DNA of 64,000 nucleotides. Origin: Patescibacteria group bacterium. GTDB lineage: Bacteria > Patescibacteriota > Patescibacteriia > UBA1558 > GWA2-36-10. The position numbers and the translations under genes were made by a program. This document shows positions 59,154 through 64,000 of this stretch, in pieces (position 1 is the first letter of the stretch; every line of letters begins with the position of its first letter). Location: the NCBI GenBank assembly GCA_041650755.1, contig JBAZKN010000004.1:4624-68623 (forward strand). Direction: 5' to 3'. Under the pieces are notes generated by a model that was not told the origin of the DNA, did no database searches, and was given only the letters and a program-made list of their open reading frames with translations.

Positions 59154-59471
59154 ATGCCACGACGAGGCAGAAGAAATCGCTTCCACTTCAGTCCATTGGA
59201 CTGGGTAGGAAGCCTGACCCCAGACGAAGCAGATGCCCTGCTGGCACACATCCATGAAGTCACGCCGCAGGACAACAGTCTCGCATCTCAACGCATTTGG
59301 GTGATCAATCTTCTGATCCTCCAGCCGGCGGTCGTAAGCCGGGGCTACATCAGCCAGAAGCCCAGCCATCAGAGGCTTTTGCGGGTTTTTGGCATGACAC
59401 CCAAGCTAATCGAACAGCGTCTGTGGCGACTTTGGCAAGAGGTCTGCCCAGCAGAACTCCGGGTTGGCTGA
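59154..59471 (+). CDS. Hypothetical protein (105 aa) in a GC-rich island
   Basis: GGAAAGGAG SD, high-GC codon usage and a strong terminator downstream. Possible HTH-like segment RLLRVFGMTPKLIEQRLWRL. Confidence 0.4.
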   Translation: MPRRGRRNRFHFSPLDWVGSLTPDEADALLAHIHEVTPQDNSLASQRIWVINLLILQPAVVSRGYISQKPSHQRLLRVFGMTPKLIEQRLWRLWQEVCPAELRVG

Positions 59472-59487
59472 ACGGGCAGTAACAAAA

Positions 59488-59525
59488 ACGTCCACTCCGG
59501 TCAGGGGCGGACGTTTCTTTTTTTA
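59488..59525 (+). terminator. Rho-independent terminator
   Basis: ACGTCC-N15-GGACGT hairpin followed by a T-run of about 10. Confidence 0.65.
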
Positions 59526-59538
59526 TCTCTATATATTT

Positions 59539-61179
59539 TTATGGCTGCTGATTTGGATTTAATTTACTGCCAGTCGGAGTCGGATTTATATTTAATATAC
59601 TCTTCAAATCCTGCCAATTAGTCACACAGACGTTACTGAGACAAATTCCATTAGTACTAATACCCCTATCGTTTAGAATAAGGCGATTATCTCCGTGCCA
59701 AAAATTCAATGTGCCGCTTAGGCTATTCTGATATATCCCCCAATGAGTATTGTTGCCACTCTGAATATCTAGTTCGGCATTGCCACTAGCGGTCTTAATG
59801 TGTAAATTAGCATTAGGATTAGCAACCCCTATCCCCAACTTACCATATTCTATAAATACATTACCATCAAATTTACCAGCATAATTGTTTACTACACTAT
59901 CACCATAAGCACCTCTACCATATACACCAACACCGCCGGGAGATAGTGTAGACCCCATAACAGCCGTACTATTGGCAGTATTAGCACTGGCCATAAAAGC
60001 TGTGGCTCCATCCACTATTACATTAGCATATATCGCTGGGTTTTCCGAACTAGCGCTGTCTACCCTTAAAGTTCCATGATCAATTGTCAAACCACCATTG
60101 AATAACTTTACTTTGCCGTCAAAATAACCAGCATATGAATTATTGCCAGTGGAAACAGCTCTCAATGCGATCGAATCAGACCCAGCGCTGATAAAATTTC
60201 CAGACACTGAATTTGCTCCCGTTGTTCTAGCAATAAAGGGATTTCTATTGGCTTCCATAGTAGTTAAATTAACATTATCACCATAGAGATTGTAGCCACT
60301 AATATTCAAATTACTGTCTACATAAATGGTGTTTTCTGTGCCGCCGTAATTACCAATTCTATCTAAATATACTTTGCCATCAAAATAACCGGCATATGAA
60401 CTAGTAGGGCTGGCAATACCATAAACAGCATAACTATTGTGACCATTGGCTTGGAAAAACCCGGCCTTGGCATTATCTCCGTTAGCTGCCGCACTAAAAG
60501 CTATGCCATTATTAACCTCGTCCATTACAGTGGATTTACCAGGCAAAGCTGGGCCGATATTAACATTATCTTCAATTATCAAATTTCCATTAAAAACCTT
60601 GACATGACCCTCAAACAAGCCAGCATAAGTAGCGGGAGAAGAAGTATTGTTGGCAAAGGCTCTAATAGCCGCTGAGTTAGCGCCCCAAGCAACAAAACTT
60701 CCGCCAGTAGAATTATTACCCAATACATTTACGCGCAAGGGGTTTCTATTGGCTTCCATAGTAGTTAAATTAACATTACCACCATATAAATAATTATTGC
60801 CAATATTCATGCTGCTATCTAGATAAACCACGTGGTCTAAGCCAGTATAACTGCCTATCCTATAATTTCCAACATCTAAATTGGCTGTCATCGGATTGGC
60901 CACATAAACATTGGTTGATGTAGCGGTGGATGTAGTGGTGCCCGTAATAGATTTTGGTACTACGGTTTTTTTTGTTTTGGTACTAATAGGCAAGGCGGAG
61001 CCCTCTTCAGCTGCAATGGCTATCTTGGCCCAAGCGTCATTATAGCCTTTTAGATAGTTGATGGTTTGCTGGGCATCACTGGTGCCAAACAAAGAAAATG
61101 CTTGGCTGTACTGTGGCCAAGACAAGACAATGCTTAGATTAATGATTAAGGCAAAAGACAAAATTTTACTTTTACGCAT
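59539..61179 (-). CDS. Secreted repeat protein (two internal repeats of about 165 aa), hypothetical
   Basis: Signal peptide. Repeated segments YLYGGNVNLTTMEANRNP... are mirrored by a DNA repeat of about 50 bp at 60238 and 60739. Confidence 0.55.
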   Translation of the reverse strand: MRKSKILSFALIINLSIVLSWPQYSQAFSLFGTSDAQQTINYLKGYNDAWAKIAIAAEEGSALPISTKTKKTVVPKSITGTTTSTATSTNVYVANPMTANLDVGNYRIGSYTGLDHVVYLDSSMNIGNNYLYGGNVNLTTMEANRNPLRVNVLGNNSTGGSFVAWGANSAAIRAFANNTSSPATYAGLFEGHVKVFNGNLIIEDNVNIGPALPGKSTVMDEVNNGIAFSAAANGDNAKAGFFQANGHNSYAVYGIASPTSSYAGYFDGKVYLDRIGNYGGTENTIYVDSNLNISGYNLYGDNVNLTTMEANRNPFIARTTGANSVSGNFISAGSDSIALRAVSTGNNSYAGYFDGKVKLFNGGLTIDHGTLRVDSASSENPAIYANVIVDGATAFMASANTANSTAVMGSTLSPGGVGVYGRGAYGDSVVNNYAGKFDGNVFIEYGKLGIGVANPNANLHIKTASGNAELDIQSGNNTHWGIYQNSLSGTLNFWHGDNRLILNDRGISTNGICLSNVCVTNWQDLKSILNINPTPTGSKLNPNQQP

Positions 61180-61311
61180 AAATTAAAAAATAAATGATTA
61201 TTAGAATATATAAAAAATCTGCTTTTATTATAGCATATTACCCCCACTAAAAAAAGACTATTGCCAGCCAACGGCTTTATGCTAAACTAAATGGTATAAA
61301 ATAAGAAAAAT

Positions 61312-62550
61312 ATGCTATATTTGCAAAAACAAGATCCAACAGTCGCCAAAATAATCCAAACCGAGCTCATGCGCCAAAGACAGGGACTAGAGCTTATACC
61401 CTCGGAAAACTTTGTGTCCCCAGCAGTGCTTGAAGCCCTGGGCAGTGTACTGACCAACAAATACTCCGAGGGCTATCCCGGAAAAAGATACTATGGCGGC
61501 ACGGAAAATGTTGATAATATGGAGCAGCTGGCCATTGATCGAGCTAAAAAACTTTTTGGCGCAGAACATGTCAATGTCCAGCCACTATCCGGAGCTCCAG
61601 CCAATATCGCCGTTTACTCTGCCTTGCTAGAGCCCGGCGATACTGTCTTGGGAATGGATTTATCGCATGGCGGCCACCTGACTCACGGGCACCCCATCAC
61701 TTGGATGGCCAAAATATTCAATTTTGTCCGCTACAAAACTAGGCCTGATGGCCAGATAGATTATGAGCAAGTGCGCGCCATGGCTCTAGAGCACAAGCCC
61801 AAGCTCATCCTCTGCGGCTATTCGGCTTATTCCCGCGACATAGATTATCAAAAATTTAAAAGCATTGCCGATGAAGTTGGTGCCTTAACTATGGCCGATG
61901 TTTCCCACATTGCCGGACTGATTGCTGCCGGCGAGATGAACAACCCAGTACCGTATTTTGATGTAGTCACCACCACTACTCACAAAACCTTGCGCGGACC
62001 GCGCGGTGGCTTGATCATGTGCAAACAAGTTCTAGCTGAAAAAATAGACAAAGCGGTTTTCCCCGGATTCCAAGGAGGCCCCCATGAGCACAATATTGCC
62101 GCCAAGGCTGTAGCTTTTGGTGAAGCGCTGCAGCCCGAATTCAAAGAGTACGCCAAACAAATCAAGCGCAACGCCAAAATCCTATGCGATACTTTGAAAG
62201 ATGAGGGGTTCAAAATTTGTTTTAATGGCACGGAAAATCATCTAATCTTAGTCGACGTCACGCCGCTTGGCATTGGAGGCAAGCAAGCTCAAAATTTGTT
62301 AGATGAAGTAAATATTACTTGCAACAAAAACATGGTCCCGGATGACCCTAAAAAACCCATGGACCCATCGGGCATTCGCCTAGGCACTCCGGCTTTGACC
62401 ACCAGGGGTTTCAAAGAAGAAGATATGAAAATTGTTGGCCAACTGATTGCCCAAGTATTGAAAAATCCAAATAATGATAATGTTAAAAAAGAAGTGGGCA
62501 AAAAAGTAAAAGAATTGACTGAAAAATATCCTCTTTATATAGAGCTATAA
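61312..62550 (+). CDS. glyA: Serine hydroxymethyltransferase
   Basis: Pyridoxal phosphate (PLP)-binding site region ([15 protein letters not shown]) and the overall family pattern. 412 aa. Confidence 0.95.
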   Translation: MLYLQKQDPTVAKIIQTELMRQRQGLELIPSENFVSPAVLEALGSVLTNKYSEGYPGKRYYGGTENVDNMEQLAIDRAKKLFGAEHVNVQPLSGAPANIAVYSALLEPGDTVLGMDLSHGGHLTHGHPITWMAKIFNFVRYKTRPDGQIDYEQVRAMALEHKPKLILCGYSAYSRDIDYQKFKSIADEVGALTMADVSHIAGLIAAGEMNNPVPYFDVVTTTTHKTLRGPRGGLIMCKQVLAEKIDKAVFPGFQGGPHEHNIAAKAVAFGEALQPEFKEYAKQIKRNAKILCDTLKDEGFKICFNGTENHLILVDVTPLGIGGKQAQNLLDEVNITCNKNMVPDDPKKPMDPSGIRLGTPALTTRGFKEEDMKIVGQLIAQVLKNPNNDNVKKEVGKKVKELTEKYPLYIEL

Positions 62551-62602
62551 GTGCACTTTGTAAAACATCTTCGGAGGGTGTAAAAGAGAGGGGAGGTAGG
62601 CC

Positions 62603-62818
62603 ATGTTCAGATTCTGTTGGCGACACTTTCGCGTAGTCATTGGCCCACTGTTGATCGCTTACGCAAGTCCGATCCTGCCGGTCAAGTGCCTCGCCGGCAC
62701 TCCGACCACCCCGCAGATCATTCTGTCCACTCTGGTATATCTGGCCCTGCTCGGCATCGCCGTGCTTTGGACCCTGCGCTTCGTGTGCAGCGAGAGCTAC
62801 CAGAATGGCACAGTTTGA
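62603..62818 (+). CDS. Small 2-TM membrane protein (71 aa) in a GC-rich island
   Basis: GAGAGGGGAGG SD. High GC. A GGAGGAGC-N6-GCTCCTCC hairpin lies downstream (62835-62856). Confidence 0.35.
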   Translation: MFRFCWRHFRVVIGPLLIAYASPILPVKCLAGTPTTPQIILSTLVYLALLGIAVLWTLRFVCSESYQNGTV

Positions 62819-62887
62819 TCCGCCGCCCCCACTGGAGGAGCGCGCCTGCTCCTCCGTCTTCCAAAGATGTTTTGCGAACAACAAATT

Positions 62888-63727
62888 ATGGAAAAAATTA
62901 TCGACGGCAAGGCTCTGGCCCAGAGCATCCAACAAAAACTCACTGAAGAAATACACACCAAACACTTGCATCCCAGTCTGGCTGTGCTTTTAATTGGCGA
63001 TGATCCGGCTTCTCGCCTCTATGTCAATCTCAAGAAAAAAGCCTGCCAAAATGTCGGTATAGATTTTCATGAGTATTTTTTACCAGATAATATCGGCATT
63101 GAAAAAGTTCTGGAGACTATAAATTTTTTGAATAAAGACGAGGCTGTCGATGCTATTCTCGTGCAACTGCCGTTACCCAAAGATCTGGATACCGATATCG
63201 TCATCCGGGCCATAGACCCAAAAAAAGATGTTGATGGCTTTCATCCGGAAAACATCAAAAAACTACTGGCAAACACCAGTGGTTTTGTGCCGGGTCTGCC
63301 TTTGGGAATCATAAAATTATTGGAAGCTACCGGAGAAAATCTCAATAACAAATCAGCTGTTATTGTGGCTAAAAATGATGTCTTTTTTCAACCCCTCACC
63401 AAAATATTGTCTGATAAAAATATCCGCGCAAAGTTGGTAGACCCCAAAAATCCGGATTTAGAAAAAATCTGCGCTCAAGCCGACATACTGATAGTAGCTG
63501 TGGGCCAAGCTTTTTTCATTGGCGAAAAAGCAATAAAAAAAGACGCCATTGTCATTGACATCGGCACGAATAAAATTGATGAGCACCACATTGTCGGCGA
63601 TGTGGACTATAGCGCAGTATTTGATAAAGTAAGCCACATCACACCCGTACCGGGCGGGGTCGGTCCCATGACAGTCGCTATGTTATTATATAATACTTTA
63701 CAATTACATAAGACTAAAAATACCTAG
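62888..63727 (+). CDS. folD: Bifunctional methylenetetrahydrofolate dehydrogenase/cyclohydrolase
   Basis: Family FolD core (ILVQLPLP, DVDGFHPEN, PGGVGPMTVAMLL). Start trimmed to MEKIIDGK. Confidence 0.85.
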   Translation: MEKIIDGKALAQSIQQKLTEEIHTKHLHPSLAVLLIGDDPASRLYVNLKKKACQNVGIDFHEYFLPDNIGIEKVLETINFLNKDEAVDAILVQLPLPKDLDTDIVIRAIDPKKDVDGFHPENIKKLLANTSGFVPGLPLGIIKLLEATGENLNNKSAVIVAKNDVFFQPLTKILSDKNIRAKLVDPKNPDLEKICAQADILIVAVGQAFFIGEKAIKKDAIVIDIGTNKIDEHHIVGDVDYSAVFDKVSHITPVPGGVGPMTVAMLLYNTLQLHKTKNT

Positions 63728-63799
63728 GCAGTCCACGCCCTGAGCATGGTCGAAGGGCGGGGTCGGTCCGATGACAGTCGCTATGTTGCTATATAACAC
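63652..63799. repeat. Imperfect direct duplication of about 45 bp of the folD 3' end
   Basis: GGGCGGGGTCGGTCC(C/G)ATGACAGTCGCTATGTT... occurs at 63652-63696 and again at 63755-63799. The second copy still encodes GGVGPMTVAMLLYNTA* in frame, with synonymous changes. Confidence 0.7.
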
Positions 63800-63848
63800 A
63801 GCATAACTACACAAAGCTAGAAAATAGTAATAAAACACAAAAAAATAA

Positions 63849-64000
63849 CTACAACAAACTCCCCTGCCAATTATCCATCTTGCCGACTATTTCGGCCTTT
63901 TTTATTTTATCCAAGTCAAAAATTCTGATCGCATCGCGCAAATGGCAAAAAGCCTTGATCTTATTGCCGTTGATATTTTGTACATCAATCTTGCGCTTGC
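63849..64000 (-). CDS. 3' end of a gene that continues beyond the window (C-terminal approximately 50 aa)
   Basis: An open frame runs from the window edge to the stop at 63849 (...KAEIVGKMDNWQGSLL*). Confidence 0.3.
   Translation of the reverse strand, partial: KRKIDVQNINGNKIKAFCHLRDAIRIFDLDKIKKAEIVGKMDNWQGSLL

Overview
The window looks like a compact, gene-dense, low-to-moderate-GC bacterial chromosome segment, possibly from a reduced-genome Patescibacteria/CPR-like organism (lineage call tentative). It carries ordinary housekeeping genes: rpoD, dnaG, ogt, groES/groEL with a CIRCE operator, uvrA, uvrC, secG, RNase J, murI, a phosphohexomutase, glyA, folD, ppsA, mscL, apt, an MTA phosphorylase and one tRNA-Ser(GGA). 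There are also many secreted and membrane proteins, including a roughly 1270-aa beta-helix/SGNH/FN3/peptidoglycan-binding protein and a dockerin-like/FN3 protein. The most striking sequence-level observation is a mosaic of at least seven short GC-rich islands (by eye about 60% GC against about 35-45% background) inserted in intergenic gaps. Each carries one or two ORFs with strong GGAGG-type Shine-Dalgarno sequences and its own rho-independent terminator. The islands encode an NfeD-like/flotillin pair, a two-gene operon of approximately 28-aa hydrophobic peptides with its own promoter and terminator, a candidate small RNA with a G10 tract, a TM plus winged-helix protein placed between ogt and dnaG, and several small unknown proteins. 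Other notable loci are a tightly coupled four-gene operon of uncharacterised proteins at the left edge (one has a PD-(D/E)xK-like nuclease motif, one is a TM protein with a His/Cys dyad-like motif), which is a candidate novel defence or accessory system. A small GIY-YIG nuclease gene lies between a diverged tRNA 5' half and an intact tRNA-Ser. A 130-bp nested-palindrome element occupies the groES-groEL spacer. The folD 3' end is duplicated with coding preserved. A DUF5320/DUF134/thioredoxin/Trx-CcdA redox cluster is present. No CRISPR array or rRNA was found. All functional calls come from motif recognition by eye, and no database searches were run.
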